Assembly: GCA_963778945.1 (NCBI GenBank)
Contig: CAVZWL010000019.1
Span: 128,082 to 192,081, forward strand
Direction: 5' to 3'
Origin: Ignavibacteriota bacterium
Lineage (GTDB): Bacteria; Bacteroidota; Ignavibacteria; UBA10030
Length of the DNA stretch: 64,000 bases
Made by a program: the position numbers and the translations under genes. Shown one piece after another: positions 20,711 to 29,696 of this stretch; position 1 is the stretch's first letter; every line of letters begins with the position of its first letter. The notes under the pieces were generated by a model, which saw only the letters and a list, made by a program, of their open reading frames with translations, was not told where the DNA came from and made no database searches.

Positions 20711-21607
20711 GTGGCAACGTTAAGAGAAATACGGCAGCGGATTTCCGGCATTAAAAGCACACAGAAGATCACGAAAGCGATGAAAATGGTCGCGGCAGCA
20801 AAGCTGCGCCGTGCCCAGGAATCGATCATAGCTGCGCGGCCCTATGCAAAAGAAATGGATATGCTCCTCCGTCACCTGGCTGCAAAACTCGACCCGTCGC
20901 TGCATCCCCTTTTACATGTCCGTGAAATCCGTCGTACAGCAGTAGTCGTTGTTGCCGGGGAACGCGGGCTTTGCGGAGCCTTCAACAGCAATATCATGAA
21001 AGCGGCAAATGAGTATATCAAAAAAGAATCTGCCGTTCAGTTGAAAGAACCGGGAGCCCTGCAGATTATGACCGTCGGGCGAAAGGCGCAGGATTCTTTC
21101 GGAAAACGGTATGATCTGTTTGCAAAGTTTCCGGGCATTTTTAACACGCTGCATTTCGGCTATGCACGGGAAATCGTGCAGGAGATAACCGGCGGATATT
21201 TGCAGGGAAAATTCGATAAAGTTATCGTTATCTATAATGAATTCAAATCCGTCATACAGCAGCAAGTGAAAGTAGAACAATTTCTGCCGATTCTTCCGGA
21301 AGATTTGCAGGGGAGAAAAGACCTCCGTACATTATCTCAGGTCGATTATATTTACGAACCTACCTGCGAGGAAATTGTGAATAATCTTATTCCGAAGCAT
21401 TTAAATTTTCAGATGTGGAGAGTTTTGCTGGAATCGGCGGCAGCCGAGCAGGGTGCGCGTATGACAGCAATGAGCAATGCGACAGAAAATGCAACTGAAC
21501 TGCTTGACGAGTTGACGCTATCGTACAACAAAGCCCGCCAAGCCGGTATTACGACAGAATTGACAGAAATAGTCAGCGGAGCGGAGACATTGAAAAAAGC
21601 GGGCTGA
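20711..21607 (+). CDS. atpG: F0F1 ATP synthase subunit gamma
   Basis: GTG start. [36 protein letters not shown] and C-terminal [13 protein letters not shown] signatures. Confidence 0.93.
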   Translation: MATLREIRQRISGIKSTQKITKAMKMVAAAKLRRAQESIIAARPYAKEMDMLLRHLAAKLDPSLHPLLHVREIRRTAVVVVAGERGLCGAFNSNIMKAANEYIKKESAVQLKEPGALQIMTVGRKAQDSFGKRYDLFAKFPGIFNTLHFGYAREIVQEITGGYLQGKFDKVIVIYNEFKSVIQQQVKVEQFLPILPEDLQGRKDLRTLSQVDYIYEPTCEEIVNNLIPKHLNFQMWRVLLESAAAEQGARMTAMSNATENATELLDELTLSYNKARQAGITTELTEIVSGAETLKKAG

Positions 21608-21699
21608 CGGTTGTCAGCTTCTATTTCAATTTCTCCTGCTTCTCGGACAGGAAAAGATAATACAATATGGAACGATCACATTTGTCATGGAGTTGACCT

Positions 21700-22995
21700 A
21701 TGCCAGTTCCTCCTAACCAACCGCCGCAGCGGCCTTTGACAGTCGTCTCTGCCCAAAACATTCAGCGCATTCCATTGGAACAATTCGATGTGAAGTCGCT
21801 CTCCCGCGATAAAATCCGGGAGCTTTTCCGCGTTGGCAAATTGCCGACTGCAGACCAGATTGTCGAAGAAGTAATACTGCGGGCAATTACAAGCGGGGCG
21901 AACGATATTCACATCGAGCCGATCGAAGGAGAATTACAGATTCGTTTCGGCCTCGAAGGAGCGCTGCGGAGAATCGTATCTCTTACACCCGATATGAATG
22001 ATCCGATTATCAGCGTGATTAAAACAAAAGCGACGCTCAACCAGTTCGAAAAGAAGAAACCTCAGGAAGGGCGCTTTTCTTCGATCTATGGAGCGGAGCC
22101 GATCGATTTTCGCGTCAACGTTATACCTGTTTTGGCGGGAGAACGGTGTCTGATACGTATTCTTCGAAAATCGAATTACATCTCGCGCCTGGAAGAATTA
22201 GGATTCAGCAATGAAAATCTTGAGCGCTTAAAAGTATTACTGCGCAATCCGCGCGGATTGTTCCTTGTGACCGGACCTTCGGGAAGCGGCAAATCGACCA
22301 CCGTCTATGCTGCGACCAATCATGTCCAGACACCGGAAAAGTGCATCATTACGGTAGAAGATCCTGTCGAATACAGGCTGCCGTATGCGAGCCAGGTACA
22401 TTTGCCTTCCGATAAGTCTTTCAACTTCGTCGATGCTTTGCGGGCAATTCTGCGCCAAAATCCTAATGTTATTTTGATCGGAGAAATTAGAGATGCGGAA
22501 ACCGGAATCGTCGCTTCAGAAGCAGCGCTCACAGGCAATCTTGTTCTAAGCACAATGCTCGCGGACGACGCCATCGGCGCCATTCACCGTCTCTTCAATC
22601 TTGGCGTGCCGGCCTACTGGCTGGCTTCGACCGTTGTCGGTATTGTGTATCAGCTTCTCCTTCGGAAAATTTGTCCGAATTGCAAAGAAGAATACCAGCT
22701 TTCCGCTGAAGAATTATCGATGCTTGGTGTTCCTATGGAGTCCTCCGATTTGCGGCTTTTCCGCGGGAAAGGTTGTCCGATGTGCGGCGGAACCGGGTAT
22801 AAAGGGCGGACGGCGGTCTGCGAAATAGTAACCATCAGCCCGACTCTGCGGGATATGATTTTTCAAAAATCTTCTATCCTAAAAATGAGGGAAGAAGCTG
22901 CAAATTATGGATTTCAAGCCATTAGGCAGGATGCTGTCCGAAAAGCCCTGACAGGTGTAACGACTATCCAGGAAGTTATTAGAGTTATCGGTTAG
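21700..22995 (+). CDS. GspE/PilB-family secretion ATPase, short form with degenerate His box
   Basis: Walker A GPSGSGKST, Asp-box PQEGRF, Walker B VILIGEIRD, tetracysteine CPNC...CPMCGGTGYKGR. The His box reads TGNLVLSTMLADDA instead of TGHLVLSTLHTNDA. Confidence 0.85.
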   Translation: MPVPPNQPPQRPLTVVSAQNIQRIPLEQFDVKSLSRDKIRELFRVGKLPTADQIVEEVILRAITSGANDIHIEPIEGELQIRFGLEGALRRIVSLTPDMNDPIISVIKTKATLNQFEKKKPQEGRFSSIYGAEPIDFRVNVIPVLAGERCLIRILRKSNYISRLEELGFSNENLERLKVLLRNPRGLFLVTGPSGSGKSTTVYAATNHVQTPEKCIITVEDPVEYRLPYASQVHLPSDKSFNFVDALRAILRQNPNVILIGEIRDAETGIVASEAALTGNLVLSTMLADDAIGAIHRLFNLGVPAYWLASTVVGIVYQLLLRKICPNCKEEYQLSAEELSMLGVPMESSDLRLFRGKGCPMCGGTGYKGRTAVCEIVTISPTLRDMIFQKSSILKMREEAANYGFQAIRQDAVRKALTGVTTIQEVIRVIG

Positions 22996-23188
22996 TGCCG
23001 GAGTTAAAGCGCCATGGGCACCTGAAACCCATCTCGTAAAAATGGCCATTCTTTTTTCCACGCAAGAATTAAGCAAGAGCGCTTGATTAGCGTGTCTTTT
23101 TTGTCTATTTTAGAATAATTATAAGGACTTCCTTTGTCCGGCTCAAATATGACGAGGGAAGTTTTTGTGTCCTATAGGTTGTTGACGA

Positions 23189-24515
23189 ATGTTTGAAAAT
23201 CTGACCCAGAAGTTAGACGCAGCGTTTAAAAAACTTCGCGGGCAAGGAAAATTGACTCCTCAAAATATAGAGGAATCGCTGCGTGAAGTGCGCCGCGCCC
23301 TGCTCGATGCGGATGTCAACTATAAAGTTGCCAAACAATTCATCGAAGACGTTCAGAAAAGAGCGGTTGGGCGGGAAGTTCTTTCGAGTATTGCACCGGG
23401 ACAGCTTATCGTCAAAATCATATTCGATGAGATGGTGAAGCTGCTGGGTGAATCGCGTGCGGATATAGCGCAGGCGCAGAATCCGCCTACTGTCATATTG
23501 ATTGCCGGATTGCAGGGATCGGGAAAAACGACGTTTTCTGCTAAACTGGCAAATTTTTTAAAGGCAAAGGGACGATTGCCATTGCTGGCTGCGGCGGATA
23601 TTTATCGTCCTGCAGCTATTGATCAGCTGGAAATACTCGGCAAAGAACTGGAAATACCTGTCTATGCCGATCGAAGTGCAAGCGCTGTGAAAATAGCATC
23701 AGATGCGGTCGCTGCTGCTCGCAAAATGATCCGCGATACGGTCATTATCGATACTGCCGGGCGGATGCATGTCGATGAAGAAATGATGCGCGAGGTAGAG
23801 TCGATTTGCGCAGCCGTCAAACCGCATGAGATCCTGTTCGTTGTCGACTCGATGACGGGACAGGATGCCGTGAATACTGCAAAGGCGTTTCACGAGCGGT
23901 TGAATTTCGACGGTGTTGTTCTTACAAAATTAGACGGGGACAGCCGGGGCGGCGCAGCTCTTTCGATTCGTTCGGTCGGTACAAAAGCCGATCAAGTTTA
24001 TCGGGATTGGCGAGAAACTCGATGCGCTGGAACCGTTTTATCCCGAGCGCATCGCCTCGCGAATTCTCGGTATGGGCGATATCGTTACGTTTGTCGAAAA
24101 AGCGCAGCAGCAGTTCAGTGAAGAAAAAGCGGTCGAGCTGGAAGAGAAAATCCGCAAGTCTCAATTCACATTTGAGGATTTTCTCGATCAATTGCGGGAA
24201 ATAAAAAAAATGGGACCGCTCAGTCAGGTGATGGGCATGATACCGGGAATGAACCGCCTGCCGGCAAATGCAGCGGTCGATGAAAAAGGATTGGTCAGAA
24301 TTGAAGCAATCATTCAATCGATGACAAAGGAAGAGCGCTTGCGGCCTTCGATCTTAAACGGAAACCGGCGCAGAAGAATAGCCTCCGGCAGCGGAACGGC
24401 CGTACAGGATGTCAATCGATTGCTCAAGCAGTTCGAAGAAATGCAGCGTATGATGAAGCGTTTTGGAAAAGGCAATGTGCGGCGCTCGATACGCGGCATG
24501 CAGTTCCCGGCATGA
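23189..24515 (+). CDS. ffh: signal recognition particle protein Ffh, one frameshift
   Basis: N/G domains (GLQGSGKTT, DTAGR, TKLDGD) lie in ORF 23189..24121. The M domain (ORF 24072..24515) follows in another frame. They join at about 23987, giving SIRSVGTK(P)IKFIGIGEKLDALEPFYPERIASRILGMGD. Confidence 0.93.
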
Positions 24516-24561
24516 GAACGAAATTAAAAGTGAATGACAATAACAAATCAGGAGTATAACA

Positions 24562-24997
24562 TTGGTTAGAATTCGTTTACGGAGAGAGGGAAAGAAAAAA
24601 AATCCTATCTACAAAATTGTAGCGGCGGATAAACGCTCTCCCCGAAATGGCGGCTATCTTGAGGCCCTGGGTCAATATGACCCGAATCAGAATCCCATTT
24701 CTTTGACATTGAAAGACGACCAAAATCGAATCTTGGCTGAAGAAAGGCGCACAGCCGTCCGATACTGTTCGTTCGCTTCTGCGGCGGACGGGATTCTGGC
24801 TGCACTGGACTCTTGTCCGTCAGGGAAAAGATGAGGCGACGATTAAGAATGTGATGGAACGATGGCAGATGCTGCAAGTGGACAAAGTTAAACACGAAGC
24901 AGATAAGAAAATACGCCGTGCAGAGCGAAAGAAAAAAGCGTCCGCACCTGCAGCCGCGGCCGCTCCTGCAGCAGCCCCTGAACCGGCCGTTTCTTAA
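24562..24997 (+). CDS. rpsP: 30S ribosomal protein S16 with long basic A/P-rich C-terminal extension, one frameshift
   Basis: TTG start after an AGGAG RBS; MVRIRLRREGKKKNPIYKIVAADKRSPRNGGYLEALGQYDP. At about 24721 the frame shifts to KIESWLKKGAQPSDTVRSLL...KKASAPAAAAAPAAAPEPAVS, ending at TAA 24995-24997. Confidence 0.9.
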
Positions 24998-25163
24998 AAC
25001 ATCGTTGTTTTAAAACTCGTAAAAAATTGCTTCATACATAAATCACGGTTAAGGCAGCCGTAAGACCTTAACAGGTTTCCACGTCTGAAAGACGGGATTT
25101 CGAGTCCGGGAAAGATGGACTCGAGCATTCTGCCGCAGACAAAATCGAGAGCGGGGTGGAACT

Positions 25164-25394
25164 ATGAAAGATTTTTTGGAGTATATTGCGAGAAATCTTG
25201 TTGATGCACCGGAGCAAATCAGCATAGAATCCGAGGAAAAAGACGGCAAATTGTTTTTCAAGATCAAAGTTGCCGATGGGGATATCGGCAAGATTATCGG
25301 GCGGAGCGGAAAAACAGCTTCGGCAATTCGAGTCTTGTTGAGAGCGGTCGCGGCAAAAGAAAAAAAACGGGTTGTGCTGGATATTATTGGTTAA
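25164..25394 (+). CDS. KH-domain RNA-binding protein (YlqC/UPF0109 family)
   Basis: 76 aa with IGKIIGRSGKTASAIRVLL (GxxG KH motif), in the conserved position between rpsP and rimM. Confidence 0.88.
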   Translation: MKDFLEYIARNLVDAPEQISIESEEKDGKLFFKIKVADGDIGKIIGRSGKTASAIRVLLRAVAAKEKKRVVLDIIG

Positions 25395-25439
25395 ACTGCA
25401 AACGCCGCAACGAGGATTTGCTGTGATTCAGTTGAATGT

Positions 25440-25948
25440 ATGGAACTCATAGCAATCGGAAAAATTGCAAAGCCTGTCGGCATTCGGGGTGAACTGAAAA
25501 TCATTCCATTGACGGACGATCTGAATCGGTTTTCGGATCTTCGGACGGTGATGACCGGCGAGTGTGCCGGAGCAGGCGGTCGAACGGCTCGTCGTTCACG
25601 TCAGGATCTCAGCCCGGCATGTCGTTGCGGCGCTGGATGGCATTTCTTCAGTGGAAGAAGCGGAATTGTTGAAGAATGATTTTGTATTTATCCCGGAAGA
25701 CCAGAAGAAACTTCCGCGCAAAGGGCAGTATTTTATAGACCGGATTATCGGTTGTGCTGTTGAAACCGAGGATGGTGCGAGTAGTCGGAATCCTCGCGGA
25801 CGTTCTGAAATTGCCGGCCAACGATGTCTGGGTCGTCCGATCGGGTGAAAAAGAAATTTTAATCCCGGCGGTCAAAGAGTTTATTGAAAGCGTCGATGAA
25901 GCGCGCAAACGCATCGTGATTCATGTGATAGAAGGATTGCTCGAATGA
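25440..25948 (+). CDS. rimM: 16S rRNA processing protein RimM, two frameshifts
   Basis: Three consecutive fragments (ORFs 25440, 25564, 25754): IGKIAKPVGIRGELKI..., ...EEAELLKNDFVFIPEDQKKLPRKGQYFIDRIIGCAVETEDG, and VVGILADVLKLPANDVWVV (PRC barrel). Junctions near 25562 and 25780. Confidence 0.88.
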
Positions 25949-26622
25949 TGCGCATAGATGTGGTGAGCGGCTTGCCGCGGCTTCTCGACAGCCCTTTTCA
26001 GGAGAGCATTCTCAAGAGGGCGCAGGAGAGACATATCGTTGAAATTGTCGTGCATGATTTGCGGGAATATGCGCATGATAAGCATCGGACGATCGACGAT
26101 GCACCCTACGGCGGCGGGGCTGGAATGGTCCTGAGGCCGGAACCGTTCTTTGAATGTGTGGAAACATTGAAGTCTCAACGTACGTACGACGAGATTGTTT
26201 TTTTAAGCGCTGACGGGGAAACGCTGACGCAAAACATGGCGACGGAATTATCGCTCAAGAGCAACTTGATGCTTCTCTGCGGACATTATAAAGGCGTCGA
26301 TCACCGTGTGCGTCAGGCGCTGGCAACACGGGAAATTTCGATCGGCGATTATGTGCTGACCGGAGGCGAACTGCCCGCTGCCGTACTGACGGATGCAATC
26401 GTGCGGTTGATTCCGGGCGTTATGAATGACGGCGAATCGGCGCTCACCGATTCGTTTCAGGATGGACTGCTCGGCAGCCCGCAGTATACGAGGCCTGCAG
26501 AGTTCAGGTCGCTGAAAGTACCGGATGTCCTCCTCTCGGGAGATCATGGCGAAATTGATCGATGGCGTATGGAACAGCGTACGACAGCACACAGCGGAAA
26601 TGAAAAAGAAAAAAGAAAGTAA
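25945..26622 (+). CDS. trmD: tRNA (guanine37-N1)-methyltransferase
   Basis: MRIDVVSGLPRLL..., DDAPYGGGAGMVL, LLCGHYKGVDHRV, SIGDYVLTGGELPA. ATGA overlap with rimM. Confidence 0.93.
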   Translation: MMRIDVVSGLPRLLDSPFQESILKRAQERHIVEIVVHDLREYAHDKHRTIDDAPYGGGAGMVLRPEPFFECVETLKSQRTYDEIVFLSADGETLTQNMATELSLKSNLMLLCGHYKGVDHRVRQALATREISIGDYVLTGGELPAAVLTDAIVRLIPGVMNDGESALTDSFQDGLLGSPQYTRPAEFRSLKVPDVLLSGDHGEIDRWRMEQRTTAHSGNEKEKRK

Positions 26623-26655
26623 AAACAAAAACGATTTCATTGGAGTATAAGAAAC

Positions 26656-26998
26656 ATGGATAAGATTAAATTGGTTGAAGCATCGCAATTGAAAAATGAC
26701 GTGCCGGATTTCAAATCGGGCGACACGGTCAGCGTGCATGTGAAGGTAAAAGAAGGCGATAAAGAGCGTATTCAGGAATATCAAGGCATGGTGATCAGCC
26801 GTCACGGTGCAGGCTTAAACGCTACGTTTACGGTCCGCAAAATATCGGATGGCGTCGGCGTCGAGCGAATTTTTCCTCTGCATTCGCCGCGTATTGCAAA
26901 AATTGAAAAAGTGAAAGAGGGAAAAGTTCGCCGGGCAAAATTGTATTATGTCCGGGATCTTACGGCGAAAGGCCGTTGCACAAAAAACAAACGCTTAA
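26656..26998 (+). CDS. rplS: 50S ribosomal protein L19, one frameshift near the 3' end
   Basis: [31 protein letters not shown]...[11 protein letters not shown]. The 223-aa ORF is a read-through artefact. Dropping one G at about 26971 gives ...[11 protein letters not shown] and TAA at 26996-26998, a normal ~114-aa length. Confidence 0.88.
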
Positions 26999-27826
26999 TG
27001 AAATCCAGATTTGCCGTTCCGGATTTGCTCTCCGTGAGTCCGCTCCTTTTCGGCTTGGAAACTGCGGATTCGCCGATTCGAGCTTGCCTACGATTCACCG
27101 GCAGAAAATTCCGTAAAATTCAACAGGCGCTCCGAAGAAATTCGGGGCGCTTTTTTATCTCCCATCGACTACGCCCGGCATGGGGCGGAATACTGTATCG
27201 TCCCCGGTATCGGCGTTTCCTCGGCGTATCCCTCCGGAGCTCTGCAGTTAGTCTTAAAAAAGAATCTGCGCAACATCGAACGTATAGCAATCGATATTCG
27301 CTTTACATCGGAAGTTTTTCTGGCTAAAATCATTCTTGAGGAAAAATACCGGAATCTTCCATCCGATCGTTCCAAGCTGCAATTTATTCCTTTTCTCACC
27401 GACCCGTATTCAATATTCGGCAAAGTGGACGCGGTTTTAACAGTGGCAGCGTCTTTGCCGGCATTTGTGGAACGCGATGATGCTTTCAGCATCGATTTGG
27501 CGGAAGAATGGAGGGATTTGACTGATTTGCCGTATGTCCACGGCTTTTGGGTCGGCAGAGAAGGCGAATTGAACGAAATGGCGTCGCAGGCGCTCATGAG
27601 GGCGCAAGAACAGGGAACTGCACTCAAAGGAAAAATAGCAGAGGATCACGCGCGAAAAAACGGACTCTCGATACATGCTGCCAAGGATTACATCGATGCA
27701 TTTTCCTATTCTTTCGGAACGGAAGAAGAGGCTTCACTCCAGGAATTTATTCGCTATGCATATTATTACGGTGCGATCGGCGATATACCCGATATTCGCT
27801 TTTTCGACATTCCCCCGGCAGGTTAA
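26998..27826 (+). CDS. mqnA: MqnA-like chorismate dehydratase (futalosine menaquinone pathway), one frameshift
   Basis: ATG 26998 overlaps the rplS stop (TAATG). N-terminus [21 protein letters not shown], then after about 27075 the frame ...[24 protein letters not shown]...[23 protein letters not shown]...[10 protein letters not shown] runs to 27826. Total length about 276 aa. Confidence 0.7.
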
Positions 27827-27843
27827 TCGTCTGCTCACGCATA

Positions 27844-27892
27844 CAGTTTACTGTTTGCAGTTTACCGTTTACCATTCACCGCTCATCATCCA
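27844..27892. repeat. heptanucleotide-phased repeat tract (7 in-phase heptads)
   Basis: CAGTTTA CTGTTTG CAGTTTA CCGTTTA CCATTCA CCGCTCA TCATCCA, between the mqnA stop and the recN start. CAGTTTA is the word seen on the opposite strand at 45808-45856. Confidence 0.8.
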
Positions 27893-27932
27893 TTGAAATT
27901 CCATCTTTTTTGCGTAAATTGCGCATACGAGT

Positions 27933-29652
27933 ATGCTCAAAACGCTCTCCATTAAAAATTTTGCTCTGATCGAATTCGTAGAGATTGAATTCGAGAACGG
28001 ATTGAATATCCTCACCGGTGAAACCGGTGCAGGCAAATCCATCATCATCGATGCCCTCAGCCTTATTCTCGGAGACCGAACGAAAACCGATGTGGTTCGG
28101 AAAGGGAGCGAGAAAGCTGTGATTGAAGGAATTTTTGGAATGGCCGGCAGCCTGCATGTAGAAAAATTGCTTGCGCAGAACGAGATCGAATGCCGCGATG
28201 ATTTAATTCTGCGCCGTGAAGTATCGGCGAGAGGACAGTCCCGCTGTTTCGTTAACGATACGCCGGTACCGCTCGCCGTTCTCAGGGAAATCGGCGATCA
28301 CCTTGTCGATTTACACGGGCAGCATGAACATCAATCGCTGCTGCGTACGGAAACGCATAGTTCTCTGCTGGACGAGTTTGGAGGGCTTGAAGGCCTGGTC
28401 CAAGAATATCAAAGTTCTTATGAAAGCTTGACTGAATTATTCTCGGTTATGCGGGCGCTCCTGAAGAAGGAACACGAGCTGAAAGAAAAGCGGGACATCT
28501 ATGATTTTCAGATCAAAGAAATAGACGATGTCGATCCCCGCGCGGGAGAGGAGGCGGAACTGGAGAACGAATTGCGTATTTTGGAAAATTCCGAAAAACT
28601 TTTTGAAGCAACTACAGCTTTGTATCAAATGCTGTATGAGGGGGAACAGGCCGTTTATGACTCGCTCGTTAAAGCCCGGAACCAGCTGGAAGATCTGGCG
28701 GAAATCGATCAATCGTTCAATGATGTTAAGAATGAATGTGCATCTGCAGCGGCGATCATAGGGGAGTTGACAAAGTTTATACAAAGTTATAACTGCGAAA
28801 ATAGAGTTTAATCCGGAACGACTGGAGCAAATCCGGGAGCGGCTCGGCAGAATAACTCTCTTGAAAAAAAAATACAGCGGTTCATTGGATCAGGTATCAT
28901 TCAGCATCGTGCAAAAATCGGTGCAGAATTTGCTATGGCGGAAAATTTTGAATCGGAAATTCTCAAGCTGTCTGCTCGCATCGAAGAGGAACGCAAACTC
29001 TGTTCCTCTGCAGCCCAGCGGCTCTCGGCAAAAAGAAGGGAACTGGTCCCGAAAATCGGAAAAGCCGTATGTGCAGAGCTGAGTAAATTGGGAATTGCCA
29101 ACGCACAATTCGATGTGAGGATCGAGAATTCCGTTTTGCCGAAAACGGACGGTGCGCAAAGCTTTGCATATGTCAGGTTCGGACGCGAATCGTATGACAG
29201 CTTTTGCCAACGGCATAGATCGTGTAGAATTTTACCTGTCCGCCAATATCGGCGAAGACCTCAAACCGCTGGCACGTGTGGCATCGGGAGGAGAAATTTC
29301 GCGCATTATGCTTGCATTGAAAACAATTCTTTCAAAGGCGGACCGGCTTCCGCTGCTTGTGTTCGATGAAATCGATGTCGGCATCAGCGGAAGAATTGCG
29401 CAGGCGGTCGGAAAAAGCCTGAAGAGCCTTTCTCAGTTTCATCAGGTCATTTCGATTACGCATTTGCCTCAGATTGCCGGCCTTGCCGATTGTCATTACA
29501 CAGTCGAGAAGAGGGAATCGAAACAGCGGACGACATCGAACATACGAAAATTGAATGACGACGAACGCGTGCGGGAAGTAGCCCGTTTGTTGAGCGGAGA
29601 AGAAGTAACCGAGGCAGGTATGCACGGCGCAAGGGAATTGATAGGAAAATAA
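27933..29652 (+). CDS. recN: DNA repair protein RecN, three frameshifts
   Basis: N-terminal Walker A LTGETGAGKSIIIDAL. Middle coiled coil split near 28795 and 28897. C-terminal LARVASGGEISRIMLALK (signature) and LLVFDEIDVGISG (Walker B) follow a shift near 29165. Confidence 0.92.
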
Positions 29653-29696
29653 GCAGGAGAATAATTCGGTCTGCAGAAGGCAGAAGATTGGAGAAT

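Noticed and set aside
25090-25125. tRNA-like T-arm (GGGATTTCGAGTCCGGG)
   Set aside because: No acceptor stem, D-arm or anticodon arm can be drawn around it, and the T stem itself mispairs. Treated as part of a hairpin-rich spacer instead.
26999-27327. Apparent 110-aa C-terminal extension of L19 (the 223-aa ORF)
   Set aside because: The extension begins with an MqnA-like N-terminus. A 1-nt correction restores a normal-length L19 ending at TAA 26996-26998, which overlaps the mqnA ATG.
20586-29170. Programmed ribosomal frameshifting or recoding as the explanation for split ffh, rpsP, rimM, rplS, atpA and recN
   Set aside because: The shift sites lack slippery heptamers or stimulatory structures, go in both directions, and occur in about 18 unrelated genes. 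None of these genes is known to use recoding. Indel error is far more parsimonious.
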